A DNA stretch of 35,290 nt from Puniceicoccales bacterium (GTDB lineage Bacteria > Verrucomicrobiota > Verrucomicrobiia > Opitutales > UBA953). The position numbers and the translations under genes are program-made. The stretch is taken from assembly GCA_031284845.1 (NCBI GenBank), contig JAITXH010000114.1, positions 1 to 35,290 of the forward strand, read 5' to 3'. Below, in pieces: positions 9,302 through 18,720 of the stretch. The first letter of the stretch is position 1. Every line of letters starts with the position of its first letter. The notes below the pieces were generated by a model. The model saw only the letters and a list, made by a program, of their open reading frames with translations. It searched no databases and was not told the origin of the DNA.

Positions 9302-9319
9302 TTTTTCGCATTAACAATG
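9284..9319. promoter_or_regulatory. BirA-operator-like perfect 10-bp inverted repeat spanning the bioB start codon
   Basis: ATTGTTAATG (9285-9294) and CATTAACAAT (9309-9318) are separated by a 14-nt AT-rich spacer. The bioB ATG (9299-9301, minus strand) lies inside that spacer. From memory, the half-site resembles the TTGT(A/T)AAC-type BirA boxes of E. coli and Bacillus. Confidence 0.45.
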
Positions 9320-9484
9320 TAGCCTAAGTGCAATCTTGTGAAGGCTAATTATGTAAAACGGGGAATGCCTGCTCCCATGTCAAAAAGGAGTCTCCACGGC
9401 TCCTCATGCAGCGGCCATTTGAACATTGCGCGTCCGGAGCGCATGTGCTCACTGCTGCACGCACACAAGATACTATTAAAAAGC

Positions 9485-10702
9485 ATGGCCCATCCCGCTG
9501 CTGTTCCCGATTCATTCCCGCCGCCGGACGCCGCAGGTGGCGTAGATATACTCTTTATCGCAGGAGAACATTCCGGCGTGGATCATGCCGCACAGGTCAT
9601 CACCGCATTGCACACACGCCGCCCGGCGCTGACCATCGCCGCCCTCGGCGGCCCGGCCATGCAGCAAGCGGGGGCGCAATTGCTCTTCGACATGACGCGT
9701 TTTTCCGCCGTGGGGCTTGTCGAGGTGCTGGCCCATTACGGTTTCTACAAAAAACTTTTTCTGCGCACACTCGATTGGATACGGCAATACCGCCCGCGGC
9801 TGATCTGCTTTGTGGATTACCCCGGCTTCAACCTGCGCATGGCCGCCCGTCTGAAAGAAGCCGGGCTGAGCCGCAAGGGCGGCGGCTCCATCCCGTTGTG
9901 TTTTTATATCAGCCCGCAAATCTGGGCATGGAAGGCAGGGCGGCGCTTCAAAATGGCCCGGATGCTCGACAGCGTGGGCGTCATCTTCCCCTTTGAGGTC
10001 GCCTGTTACCACGACACCGGATTGTCGGCTCGCTTCGTCGGGCACCCTTTCGCTGCCCCCGGCCACCCGGCGCCCGTGCGCTATGATGCCGATGGCCCCG
10101 TGCTCCTCCTTCCGGGAAGCCGCCCCAAGGCGGTGCGCAAAATCTTTCCAGTGCTACTGCAAGCTTGGAGCCTCTTCCACGCCACGCATCCGGAGCGCCA
10201 TGCCGCCGTCCTGCACCCCGGCGAACCCGTCCTGGGCGTGCTCCGTGAACGCCTCGCGGAACTCCCCGCCGATGTCGCCAGCACCATCCACCTCGTGGAG
10301 CGCGGCGGCCCGGCGCAACCCGCCTCCGCTGCATTGAGCAGCTCCGGCACGATGTCGCTGAGTCTGGCACTGGCGGGCATACCGGGTGCCATCGTCTATC
10401 GTGCCAACCCGCTCACATGGATAATCGGACGCCAGTTAGTCAAAGGGGTCGAGTATCTGGGTATCGCCAATATCCTGCTCAAGCGCCCGGCCTGGCCCGA
10501 ATACCTGCAAGGTGACGCCAACCCCGCTGCTCTCGCCACACGGCTCACCGCCTGCCTCGCCGACCCTGCCCAAGCCCATGCTGCGCAGGAAGACGCCGCA
10601 GCACTGCGTTCTCTACTGGGTGGCGGCGACGCACACACGACCCCGGCAGACTGGCTTCTGGAATACGCCACGGTGCCGGAACCTGACTCTGTAAAAGGCT
10701 AA
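9485..10702 (+). CDS. lpxB: Lipid-A-disaccharide synthase
   Basis: The sequence is collinear with E. coli LpxB (IAGEHSGVDHAA..., VDYPGFNLRMA, YISPQIWAWKAGR, VIFPFE). I place the start at ATG 9485. The longer 9338 ORF adds a non-homologous extension. Confidence 0.85.
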   Translation: MAHPAAVPDSFPPPDAAGGVDILFIAGEHSGVDHAAQVITALHTRRPALTIAALGGPAMQQAGAQLLFDMTRFSAVGLVEVLAHYGFYKKLFLRTLDWIRQYRPRLICFVDYPGFNLRMAARLKEAGLSRKGGGSIPLCFYISPQIWAWKAGRRFKMARMLDSVGVIFPFEVACYHDTGLSARFVGHPFAAPGHPAPVRYDADGPVLLLPGSRPKAVRKIFPVLLQAWSLFHATHPERHAAVLHPGEPVLGVLRERLAELPADVASTIHLVERGGPAQPASAALSSSGTMSLSLALAGIPGAIVYRANPLTWIIGRQLVKGVEYLGIANILLKRPAWPEYLQGDANPAALATRLTACLADPAQAHAAQEDAAALRSLLGGGDAHTTPADWLLEYATVPEPDSVKG

Positions 10703-10841
10703 AGAAAGAGCCACCGCACTTCGGCGGGAGCAGCATGTCCGTTATCAAGAAAAACGCCCCTCGTCCCCATCGGCACCCTTGCAGAGAGTAAGGTAACTCT
10801 CTTGCATTTTTCTCCTTCCCGTTTTTTTCGCATCCGCCATC

Positions 10842-13304
10842 GTGCCGGCCATGGTAAACGAGCCGCACCGCATGTTAGGCGCACATTGGACCACCCGTTT
10901 CGACGGACTTGTCGCACTGTCGCGGGATTGGCCATCCGGCGCCCCCCCGCCCCTTGCTCTCACTGCACCGGGGAAACTGCGGCGGCTCTTCCGCATGGAG
11001 CCGCGCCGGTGGTCGCGTTACTCAGGATACTTCTTCGAAGACGGCGCTCCGGTCTTCGTGCTCTGGCCGGAGATTTTCCCCCATGTAGATTGCCGCGCCG
11101 AAGACATCCGCGTGGCCGGCCCGTTCAACAACTGGCAGCCGGGCGGAGAATGGCGCCTGCTCCCGGAAATATGGGACGGCGACACGGTGCTGACTCTGCG
11201 CACCATTGCCAAAAACGACGTGGCAGCAGAAATCCTCCGCTATGACACTGACGCAGGCGTGCCGTTCAAGTTCACCACACAGTCCGGCGTCTGGTTGGAA
11301 GTCCCCACGCAAACCGTAAACCGGAAGTGCGACGCGCACGGCAATTTCAATTACATCCTCTCCCCGTCGCGCACCGGGCACCACGTCTTCGCCTTCGTCT
11401 CTGAAACGCCTGCCAGTCTGGCCGGACACGAGGCCATGGTGTGGGACTCCCGCGACGGCAACCGCCACGCCGTCAATATCAGCCGCGGCGATTTCCTGTT
11501 GCAGCAGGACTCCTCCCTCGAAATGGGCGCACACGTCCACGGCGGCTGCACGCACTTCCGCCTCTTCGCGCCACGCGCCACCGCCGTAACACTCGAGCTC
11601 TGGCCTCCGGACGCCACCGCCACCGCGCGGCATAAACGCCTCCCTCTTGCCGCACATGCCGACGGCGTATGGGAGCTGGAGCACCAAGGAGCACTCCACG
11701 GCTGGCGCTACCAATACACCGTCTCCGGCGAGAACACCGACGCTTCCACGGATTTTGACACCACTGTATCTGTGCTCGACCCCTACGCGCTCGCCACGCT
11801 CAGCCCGGCAGGCCCTGGTCTTGTCGTGGACACCGCCCGCATTGCCTTTCCGCAAACCCGTTACCAGCCTCCCGCGCCCACCGACCTTGTCATCATTGAA
11901 GCGCATGTGCGCGACCTCGTGGCACGCCTCCCCGGAAGCGGTCCACGGCCCGGTTTCCGGGAATTGGCTGCATGGGTGCGCTCACCGGATTGCTACCTGC
12001 GCCAGCTTGGCGTGAATGCGATCGAGTTGCAGCCCGTGCAGGAGTTTGACGGCACGGATCCCGCCGCCTATCACTGGGGCTACATGCCGGTGAACTGGTT
12101 TGCCCCCGCCAGCGCCTACGCCCGGGATCCCGCCGCAGGCACGCAAATCGAAGACCTGCAAGACCTCGTCGCCGCCTGCCACGAAGCAGGACTGGCCGTC
12201 ATCTTCGACGTGGTTTACAACCATGTCGGCGAGCCAAACCACCTCCGCCACATTGACAAAAGTTATTACCTCGAAACAACCCGCAGCCACGAACTTTCCA
12301 ACTGGAGCGGCTGCGGCAACGACGTGCGCCCCTCCGTCCCCATGGTGCGCCGCCTCATATTTGAAAGCCTGCGCCACCTCATCGAGTGCTTCGATGTGGA
12401 CGGCTTCCGCTTTGACCTCGCGGAACTGCTTGGCGTGCCCCTGTTACATAAGCTGGAACGCGAGTTGCGCCCTTTGAAACCCGGCTTGATACTTATCGCC
12501 GAGCCGTGGAGCTTCCGCGGGCACATCGGACGCGCATTGCTCCACACGGGTTACACCTCGTGGAATGACAACTTCCGCGAATACCTTCCCGCCTGGGTCC
12601 ACGCCGCCGCAGATGCCACCGGGCTGCGCCACTTCCTCAGCGGTTCGCCCATCACCCCGGAGGCCACCCCCGCGCACACGCTCAACTACACCGAGTCTCA
12701 CGACGACTTCTGCTGGCTGGACCGTATCACGGAAAACCCGGGCAACAACGGCACCAAACCCACCGCCAACGATGCGTGCCGCACGCGGCTCATGGGAGCC
12801 GTGTTGCTGGCTGCCCAAGGCGTGCCGATGCTCGCCCAGGGGCAAGATTTCCTGCGCACAAAGAATGGGCGAAACAACACCTATCTGCGCGGGGACGTGA
12901 ATGCGCTCGACTATGCGCGCCTGCAAAAATTTCACACCACGCACGTTTATTTCCGGGACTGGATAGCGTTCCGCCTGAGTGACCGCGGCGCCGCCCTGCG
13001 TCTGCACGAGCAAGCGCAAGAAGGCTTTTTCAAGTTTTTCCATGCAGAGCACACTTGCGCTCTGGCAGCATGGTATAACGCGGATGGGCACCTGCCCGTG
13101 CCGCCATTGTTTTTTGCCGCCAATCCGCACCCGCATCCCGTAGCGATTTGGATACCCGGAGTGGATTCCGCAGGTTTTCGCCAACTGGCCGACATGGATA
13201 GATTTTGCTCAAACGGGCTGCCCCCGGAAGCAGTGTTTGACTGGCAAGCTGGCGTGTTGACGCTCCCGCCTATGTCGGTCGGCTTGTGGGAAACGGTCCG
13301 GTAG
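10842..13304 (+). CDS. GH13 alpha-glucan debranching enzyme (pullulanase/isoamylase-like)
   Basis: 820 aa with a GTG start. ATG alternatives lie 9 and 30 nt downstream. The GH13 conserved regions VIFDVVYNHVG, GFRFDLAELLG, LIAEPW and YTESHDD follow a CBM48/E-set-like segment. Confidence 0.85.
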   Translation: MPAMVNEPHRMLGAHWTTRFDGLVALSRDWPSGAPPPLALTAPGKLRRLFRMEPRRWSRYSGYFFEDGAPVFVLWPEIFPHVDCRAEDIRVAGPFNNWQPGGEWRLLPEIWDGDTVLTLRTIAKNDVAAEILRYDTDAGVPFKFTTQSGVWLEVPTQTVNRKCDAHGNFNYILSPSRTGHHVFAFVSETPASLAGHEAMVWDSRDGNRHAVNISRGDFLLQQDSSLEMGAHVHGGCTHFRLFAPRATAVTLELWPPDATATARHKRLPLAAHADGVWELEHQGALHGWRYQYTVSGENTDASTDFDTTVSVLDPYALATLSPAGPGLVVDTARIAFPQTRYQPPAPTDLVIIEAHVRDLVARLPGSGPRPGFRELAAWVRSPDCYLRQLGVNAIELQPVQEFDGTDPAAYHWGYMPVNWFAPASAYARDPAAGTQIEDLQDLVAACHEAGLAVIFDVVYNHVGEPNHLRHIDKSYYLETTRSHELSNWSGCGNDVRPSVPMVRRLIFESLRHLIECFDVDGFRFDLAELLGVPLLHKLERELRPLKPGLILIAEPWSFRGHIGRALLHTGYTSWNDNFREYLPAWVHAAADATGLRHFLSGSPITPEATPAHTLNYTESHDDFCWLDRITENPGNNGTKPTANDACRTRLMGAVLLAAQGVPMLAQGQDFLRTKNGRNNTYLRGDVNALDYARLQKFHTTHVYFRDWIAFRLSDRGAALRLHEQAQEGFFKFFHAEHTCALAAWYNADGHLPVPPLFFAANPHPHPVAIWIPGVDSAGFRQLADMDRFCSNGLPPEAVFDWQAGVLTLPPMSVGLWETVR

Positions 13305-13357
13305 CGAGAGGGGTGGAAAAACCAAAATAAACGCCCACCCACCCAGCCATCGTCAAC

Positions 13358-13407
13358 CGCGTTGGAACTGTCGCGCTGTCCTACTCCAACGCGTATTTTT
13401 TATTTTT
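13358..13407 (+). terminator. Intrinsic terminator between convergent genes
   Basis: A 9-bp stem CGCGTTGGA (13358-13366) / TCCAACGCG (13385-13393) is followed by TATTTTTTATTTTT. It lies 55 nt after the GH13 stop and overlaps the stop codon of the minus-strand gene. Confidence 0.5.
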
Positions 13408-14710
13408 CGTCTTTCGCCTGTTCCGGGGCGTTTAGCTGGCCACCCGCTTTCGGCTCGGCATCAGGGAGGGCCAAAGCCGGAACGGAAGCAGGCGTGCCGG
13501 CACCTCTCATGACGGCATTAACCATGGCCTCCACTTCCTCAATAGTCGGTGGACGGTTGCGGCGGGCTACAGAGAGATTGCCCACCGTGACGCGCAAATC
13601 AAAGGTAACGCGCCGCCCGGCGATACCGTCGCGCGTTTTTTCCACTTTTGCAAATGAGCCGTCATCGCGCAGGGCCTTCACGTAATCGTCCACCTGGGCA
13701 ATGGTGGTCGCCGTGCCACTCACCTGGATTTGCCCCTTGGAGTTGGCGCTGGCATTGCTGAAAAGGATATTCGTCCCGCGGTAATGGCTGAGCGCAGCCA
13801 GAGCATCATAAAACGACACCTGCCCGGACTCCATATCATCAAGCTTGGAGAGCAACTCGCGCTTACTGATAATCTCGTCTGCCTCCATCTGCCGCAACAC
13901 GATCTGCGCAGCTTCGGCTTGCACGCTGCTCTTGTAAGCGTGGAGCAAACCTCCACCGACAAGGAGGGCCGCCCATGCCGCCGCCGCACTGAGGAAAAAA
14001 CGCCTGATGTGCAGCGCCCCGGCACGCTCACGGCGAATGCCCGTCAAAAGGGAGCGCTCGCGCACATCCGCGTGCCAGGCCTCCTCCACGGGAAGCTCAA
14101 CGGTAAGCGGGCCGTCTGAGGCGGATGTCCATGCGATGTTCAGCGTTTTCCCGTCCCGGGAAACGGAAGCGCCGCCCCAGCACCAAACTGTGCCCGTCTG
14201 CGCTCCGGGGCACTGCGCTTCGCGAGTGGCACGGGCCTCCCGCGCAAGCTCCTCAAGCGGACGCCCGTCGTCAACCAGCAAGGGCCACGAATGGACTTCT
14301 ACCGGGAATGCGGTTTCACCTTGAAAGCGGACGGCGGTAAGTGTGCCAGGCGTGGCGAGCCAGTGCCAGAAGCCGGAGCTTTTTCGCGGAGCGAGCACGA
14401 AGTCGGGCAGGAGAAAGCCGGCCTTGTCATAAATGCCATTGGCATTCTGGCGCACGCGGTCACGCGCGGCAGCGTAGTAAAGAAGTGTCTTGCGGACAGG
14501 GTCGAGGCGCCAACCGTAGGCAAGTTGCTCAACGGGCAGCGGGGCGTGGGACTCCAGAGAAAGCTTCACGGTATCCTCAACGGCGGCGGCGGCGGTATCG
14601 GCCAGCGGCAGCGTTTCCAGAAAAAAGAGCCAGCCCGGCACGGGCAGCACCACGAGATTTGTCGAATGCGCGGCAGGCGCGCTTGAAGTGGGGGGATTGG
14701 TCTCGGACAT
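13400..14710 (-). CDS. Bitopic secretion/pilus assembly protein: GspL-like N-terminal domain fused to a PilN/GspM-like periplasmic domain (hypothetical)
   Basis: The last gene of the pseudopilin operon. It has a cytoplasmic N-domain of about 235 aa, one TM helix (FFLSAAAAWAALLVGGGLL), a coiled coil and a PilN-like C-domain (ILFSNASANSKGQIQVSGTATTIAQVDDYVKALR...FDLRV). I use ATG at 14710; a TTG lies at 14719. The assignment rests on architecture only. Confidence 0.6.
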   Translation of the reverse strand: MSETNPPTSSAPAAHSTNLVVLPVPGWLFFLETLPLADTAAAAVEDTVKLSLESHAPLPVEQLAYGWRLDPVRKTLLYYAAARDRVRQNANGIYDKAGFLLPDFVLAPRKSSGFWHWLATPGTLTAVRFQGETAFPVEVHSWPLLVDDGRPLEELAREARATREAQCPGAQTGTVWCWGGASVSRDGKTLNIAWTSASDGPLTVELPVEEAWHADVRERSLLTGIRRERAGALHIRRFFLSAAAAWAALLVGGGLLHAYKSSVQAEAAQIVLRQMEADEIISKRELLSKLDDMESGQVSFYDALAALSHYRGTNILFSNASANSKGQIQVSGTATTIAQVDDYVKALRDDGSFAKVEKTRDGIAGRRVTFDLRVTVGNLSVARRNRPPTIEEVEAMVNAVMRGAGTPASVPALALPDAEPKAGGQLNAPEQAKDEK

Positions 14711-14845
14711 GTTAAACAAAGCGGAGTGTGAATGCGTGTGAGTTTGAAAAATTAACCCGCAGATTCCACGAGAATTCGTGCGGAGCCATTCCTAATTTCG
14801 TATTTCTCATAAAACGAGCTGGTTGAATTTTCATTTTTTTGGCGC

Positions 14846-15901
14846 TCAATCCTGCAAGCGGGCGTTCACCCGTTGCCGCAGAATGGCGAAAGGATATTGG
14901 TTTTGAGCCACGGCGGCAGCGTTTCCACGTCGCCCGCCGGGATTGGCAACAGTGGCGCTGCTCCCGCCCCCGGCTGTGTCCAGCAAGGTGTCCACGACGA
15001 GAGAGGCCGGCCCTCTGGTGGCCCGCACTATAACACGGAGCCGCGAACACGAAAAACTCACCGAAGAACCGAGCGAGACCGGGATGCCTGAGCGCCCTAG
15101 ATCGGACGCACTGCGATAGACCGTGGTCTGCCCGTTGATGCTGCCCGAACCACTCCGCGCAGCGAGAAGCCCCGGAGCATCAAACGAGTGCCGGGTGGCG
15201 AGCACATCCAGCACGGCTTCCGGAGCGGTGTTTATGTTGGGCAAGGCGGAACCGGAGAGCAGCGAGACGCTGCCAGTGAGCTTTGACCAAGATTCATTGC
15301 CAGTGCCGTCTTCGTTGAAAAACGCTTCCGCAAAGCCCTGAACATGCCTCAACTCGTCAAGACTCTGCAAGGGACGGTTGGGCGGCGCGACCCCATCCGT
15401 ATAGCTCTCGCGCTCTGCCCCATTCGCACGCGGCGTGTCTCCGGTGTCCGTCCAGTCGGCGAGACAATCCGCCATGGATTGCGCCTGCGTCTCAGCGAAA
15501 CCAAGGTCCTCAAAATACCGCCGCAACTCAAATGTATCCATCGCGCTGATGCCGTAATAACCGCTCTCGTCGCGCAAGGTGACGGCGACGGTAACTCCGT
15601 CCCCAGCTTCAAACGCGGCGAGCTTGAGCGGGGTGCCCCAACCTTGCGCCGGGCCGTAAAGGGCACCGTCGAGCCGCTGAAACGCACCCAACACGCCGAG
15701 CGTGGCTTCCAGGGCTGAAAAAGCCTCGCGCCGCAACACATCACTTTCGGTGCGCTGCGTCTCCCACTCGAGTCGCCCGGAGGCGGCGGAAATGATCTCG
15801 GTAACGATAAAGGCGAGCACGGCGAGCGTCAGCAACACGAGTAACAACGCGGCGGCACGGCGGCGGCGCGTTTGTTTCACAGTTTTGATTCCCCGGGGCA
15901 T
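14846..15901 (-). CDS. GspK-like minor pseudopilin
   Basis: 351 aa. It has an N-terminal TM anchor (AAALLLVLLTLAVLAFIV) and a GspK-type helix-hairpin-helix region (NINTAPEAVLDVL). It sits after gspJ-like. Confidence 0.75.
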   Translation of the reverse strand: MPRGIKTVKQTRRRRAAALLLVLLTLAVLAFIVTEIISAASGRLEWETQRTESDVLRREAFSALEATLGVLGAFQRLDGALYGPAQGWGTPLKLAAFEAGDGVTVAVTLRDESGYYGISAMDTFELRRYFEDLGFAETQAQSMADCLADWTDTGDTPRANGAERESYTDGVAPPNRPLQSLDELRHVQGFAEAFFNEDGTGNESWSKLTGSVSLLSGSALPNINTAPEAVLDVLATRHSFDAPGLLAARSGSGSINGQTTVYRSASDLGRSGIPVSLGSSVSFSCSRLRVIVRATRGPASLVVDTLLDTAGGGSSATVANPGGRRGNAAAVAQNQYPFAILRQRVNARLQD

Positions 15902-15909
15902 GGCGTATT

Positions 15910-16590
15910 TTAGTAGTTCAAATTGTGCGGCACGTTTTCCGACAACGGCAGCATAATCTGGCGTGTTTGACCCCGATGATTGAGGTTGAGTTGCATAAAA
16001 ACCGCCGCGCCCGAAGGCACTGTGGATGGAGACTCCCCGTCGGCCTCATCCCAGATATCGTTGGTAGTGTCGTAAGAAAAAAGCTGCATAGTGTCCACCC
16101 AGGGAGACAACACCAGCCGGTGCGTGGCATCGGCATTTTCCCTGCGTTCGTCGTCCGTCTGCCAATAAAGCACCAACCCGGCATCGTCCTCCACGCGCAA
16201 CCACCCGTGGACAAATCCCAGCGGCTGCGTATCGGAGATCAAAAAAGGCGGCGCACCCGTGATGCGTAGATAAGGCGCACGCTCCACACCCACCGAGCCG
16301 GGAGCGACGCTGAATACGGCGCTCGCCGTGCGCACCGTTCCAACGCTATCTGCCGCCTCGGTAGTCTCCGCCAGACATTCTTCGAGTGCCCGGCGCAGGC
16401 CGTCTGTGTGCCGGTCAAAGAGCGGGTCTTCTGCCTGCCGCACCCAGACGCTCAGCACGTTGAAACTTACCATCGAGAGCGCCGTCATCAAAATGCCCGT
16501 GAGCGCGAGCGCGATAAGCACCTCCATCAACGTGAAAGCATGTCTTGCCGCAGGAGAGCGTCGGGCGAAAATTTTCATCATCGGGCGCAT
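15910..16590 (-). CDS. GspJ-like minor pseudopilin (prepilin-type N-terminus)
   Basis: The prepilin motif AFTLMEVLIALALTGILM follows a short basic leader. Size (226 aa) and operon position fit GspJ. Confidence 0.7.
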   Translation of the reverse strand: MRPMMKIFARRSPAARHAFTLMEVLIALALTGILMTALSMVSFNVLSVWVRQAEDPLFDRHTDGLRRALEECLAETTEAADSVGTVRTASAVFSVAPGSVGVERAPYLRITGAPPFLISDTQPLGFVHGWLRVEDDAGLVLYWQTDDERRENADATHRLVLSPWVDTMQLFSYDTTNDIWDEADGESPSTVPSGAAVFMQLNLNHRGQTRQIMLPLSENVPHNLNY

Positions 16591-16597
16591 CGTAAGT

Positions 16598-17074
16598 TTA
16601 AAACGTGGAAAACCTGTCGGAAGGGTATTCCGTGCGCAGATTTTGGATGAGGTTTGAGCGGGTCTCGGACTCCGACCATTCGGGCCGGAATACCCACAAG
16701 GTTAATTCCTCAGGCTCGCTGCCGCTCCAATCGAGCGTCACCACGGCCTGATGCAAATCGGGGATTGTCGTATCGGCAAGCGTCACCGTCCAGCTTACCG
16801 AGCCTCCATCGTCGAGCGTGAGGTTGCCCCCGGCGGTGAGCGCCTCCCGTGTCTGGGCGGCGAGCACGCGTCGCAATGCAAAGCGCCTGAACTCCCCGCG
16901 CCCACTGTCTCTGCGCGTGGCGGCTACTGCCTCCTGCACGACTGCGACCGCTTCGAGCAAGGCGACGCCCATTAAGGCAAAAATGGCGATGGCCACCATC
17001 ACCTCAAACAACGTGAACGCCCGCTGCAAAGGCCGCCTCGTCATGCGAGGTCTCCATGCTCTGGGCATTTTCAT
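16598..17074 (-). CDS. GspI-like minor pseudopilin (prepilin-type N-terminus)
   Basis: The prepilin motif is AFTLFEVMVAIAIFALMG. The protein is 158 aa. Its start overlaps the upstream stop (ATGA at 17071-17074). Confidence 0.7.
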   Translation of the reverse strand: MKMPRAWRPRMTRRPLQRAFTLFEVMVAIAIFALMGVALLEAVAVVQEAVAATRRDSGRGEFRRFALRRVLAAQTREALTAGGNLTLDDGGSVSWTVTLADTTIPDLHQAVVTLDWSGSEPEELTLWVFRPEWSESETRSNLIQNLRTEYPSDRFSTF

Positions 17075-17619
17075 TTCACCGCCTCCAGTCCACCGCCGAA
17101 CATGTCCAGTTGGTATCGGTAAATCGCTCCGTCAATATCCACCTCGACGATAGTCGGCACGACACCGCCCCAAGGAGAAAAGACGAGTCGGGGAAAAGGT
17201 GCCGTCTCCGTCACCTGCAAAGCTCCGCCGCCGTCATCGGGCACGCGTGTAAAACGCACATCGAGAACACGTTCATCTTCAAAAGCGAACACTGCCACTT
17301 CGGCGGCAACCTCCGGCTCTTTTTGCGGGACCTCCGGCGAATCTTCTGCCGACGTCGTTTCCGGCGTAACCGCGCTCACCGTTTCCAGTGTGCGCACCAT
17401 CAACGCCCGTTTTTCTACATCATAGCTCAACGCCATGCGCTTATGTCCCGATGCTGCGCCATACCAAGCGGCATCCACTGCCTTGCGGAGCACCTCCAGC
17501 GGCGCAGGTTTCCGGACGGACGCCATCACGTCATCCAAAGAAAAAACGATTATCGCGGAAGCAAACCCCACAATGGCGATAACGATGATCAACTCCAACA
17601 ACGTGAACGCCCGGCGCAT
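17071..17619 (-). CDS. GspH-like minor pseudopilin (prepilin-type N-terminus)
   Basis: The prepilin motif MRRAFTLLELIIVIAIVGFASAII begins at the ATG at 17619. The longer 253-aa ORF only adds an Arg-rich non-coding-looking extension. Confidence 0.7.
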   Translation of the reverse strand: MRRAFTLLELIIVIAIVGFASAIIVFSLDDVMASVRKPAPLEVLRKAVDAAWYGAASGHKRMALSYDVEKRALMVRTLETVSAVTPETTSAEDSPEVPQKEPEVAAEVAVFAFEDERVLDVRFTRVPDDGGGALQVTETAPFPRLVFSPWGGVVPTIVEVDIDGAIYRYQLDMFGGGLEAVK

Positions 17620-17762
17620 CGCAAATGCGGCGCGAGTTGGTGCAACCGGATTCTCGTGAAACAGGCAAACGGGCTCTAGCGCAGTCATGGCGACGAGGTT
17701 CACGAGTTTTGAAATGGCGGCGTGCGCCCCCTCACAGACCGTCGTGCGGCGGCGCGGACGCC

Positions 17763-18215
17763 TTATTTTTTCGTTGTCCAATTGCCAATGTCGTCTTCGG
17801 TGCCGTCTTTTCCGTCCGGCCCGAGCGTCCACAAGTCATAACTTTTGGGGTTATGGGTGCCGGGAAATCTGTATTGGTAGTTTTTCCCCCAGGAATCTTT
17901 CAGCGCATCTTCCTGGACATAGGGGCCACCCCAGCGGTCTGCGCCATCGGAGGGAGCGGAGACCAAGCCATTCAATCCCTCTTCCGTCGAGGGGTAAGAT
18001 CCCATTTTGGCGCTGTAGAGCGTGAGTGCGTTGGAGAGGCTTTTCACCTTGGTTTTTTCCGTATCCACTTTCGCACCTTCGAAAAGGCCGGCCATCTGGT
18101 AGAAGGAAATGCCGCCCACTACAGTGATAAGCGCGATGACGATAAGCATCTCGACCAAGGTAAAAGCGCCACGGGCACAGATGCGGGTTGTTTTGGAGAG
18201 TTTTGAGCGTTTCAT
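17763..18215 (-). CDS. gspG: Type II secretion system major pseudopilin GspG
   Basis: It starts MKRSKLSKTTRICARGAFTLVEMLIVIALITVVGG (ATG at 18215). The GspG-type C-terminus reads DSWGKNYQYRFPG...DLWTLGPDGKDGTEDDI, a Ca-binding-like loop. The N-terminal 105 aa of the tracked ORF are spurious. Confidence 0.88.
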   Translation of the reverse strand: MKRSKLSKTTRICARGAFTLVEMLIVIALITVVGGISFYQMAGLFEGAKVDTEKTKVKSLSNALTLYSAKMGSYPSTEEGLNGLVSAPSDGADRWGGPYVQEDALKDSWGKNYQYRFPGTHNPKSYDLWTLGPDGKDGTEDDIGNWTTKK

Positions 18216-18720
18216 ATGGAAAAGAATGAGAAGGGGCAGCAAAAGCGCAAAACCCCGTTCATGCGAGGAATAAACACCGCATTGCATCTTTTGTTGCGCC
18301 GGATAGCAAAGCCCGCAAAGGCCAAAGGCAAAAGGACAAATGCGTTCATGCTTCAGGCTTAGGGTGCCATACCTATAATCCATATTCTGACTCCGTTTCT
18401 CGCCACGCCGGATGCCCGACCCGCAGTGCACGATGCCCTTGAAAAGAAGAACTCTTTCATCTTTTTTATCAGTTTTTAACGAAATATGCCGGATCTTTAT
18501 AATTTTTCCTTTTCTTCCCCAAAAAAACAACTAAACGCATCTCCTCGTTTAGCTCTCAGGCACAATGCCATTCCGCAAGAATAATGTCTTCATTGTCCAC
18601 GGAATCATAACGGGAGACAAACGCCTCCCCGGCCCTCAATTCACAATATGCAGGCCGTTAGCCGCAAACAACGGCAGTAGGAGCTAATACACACAGACAG
18701 AACCAATAACACAACAGCCA

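Noticed and set aside
17763-18530. N-terminal extensions of tracked ORFs: gspG 255 aa, gspH-like 253 aa, HlyD 438 aa, ABC ATPase 325 aa, ARH 345 aa, nitroreductase 265 aa and lpxB 454 aa.
   Set aside because: The extensions are Arg/Cys/His-rich, overlap upstream genes or intergenic repeats, and precede obvious native N-termini (prepilin leaders, signal peptides or homology starts). Internal starts were used instead.
18565-18687. A 40-aa ORF (MPFRKNNVFIVHGIITGDKRLPG...) in the gspG/RGG-protein divergent region. It faintly resembles the N-terminus of an alpha/beta hydrolase.
   Set aside because: It is too short and has no catalytic motifs or supporting context. At most it is a gene remnant.
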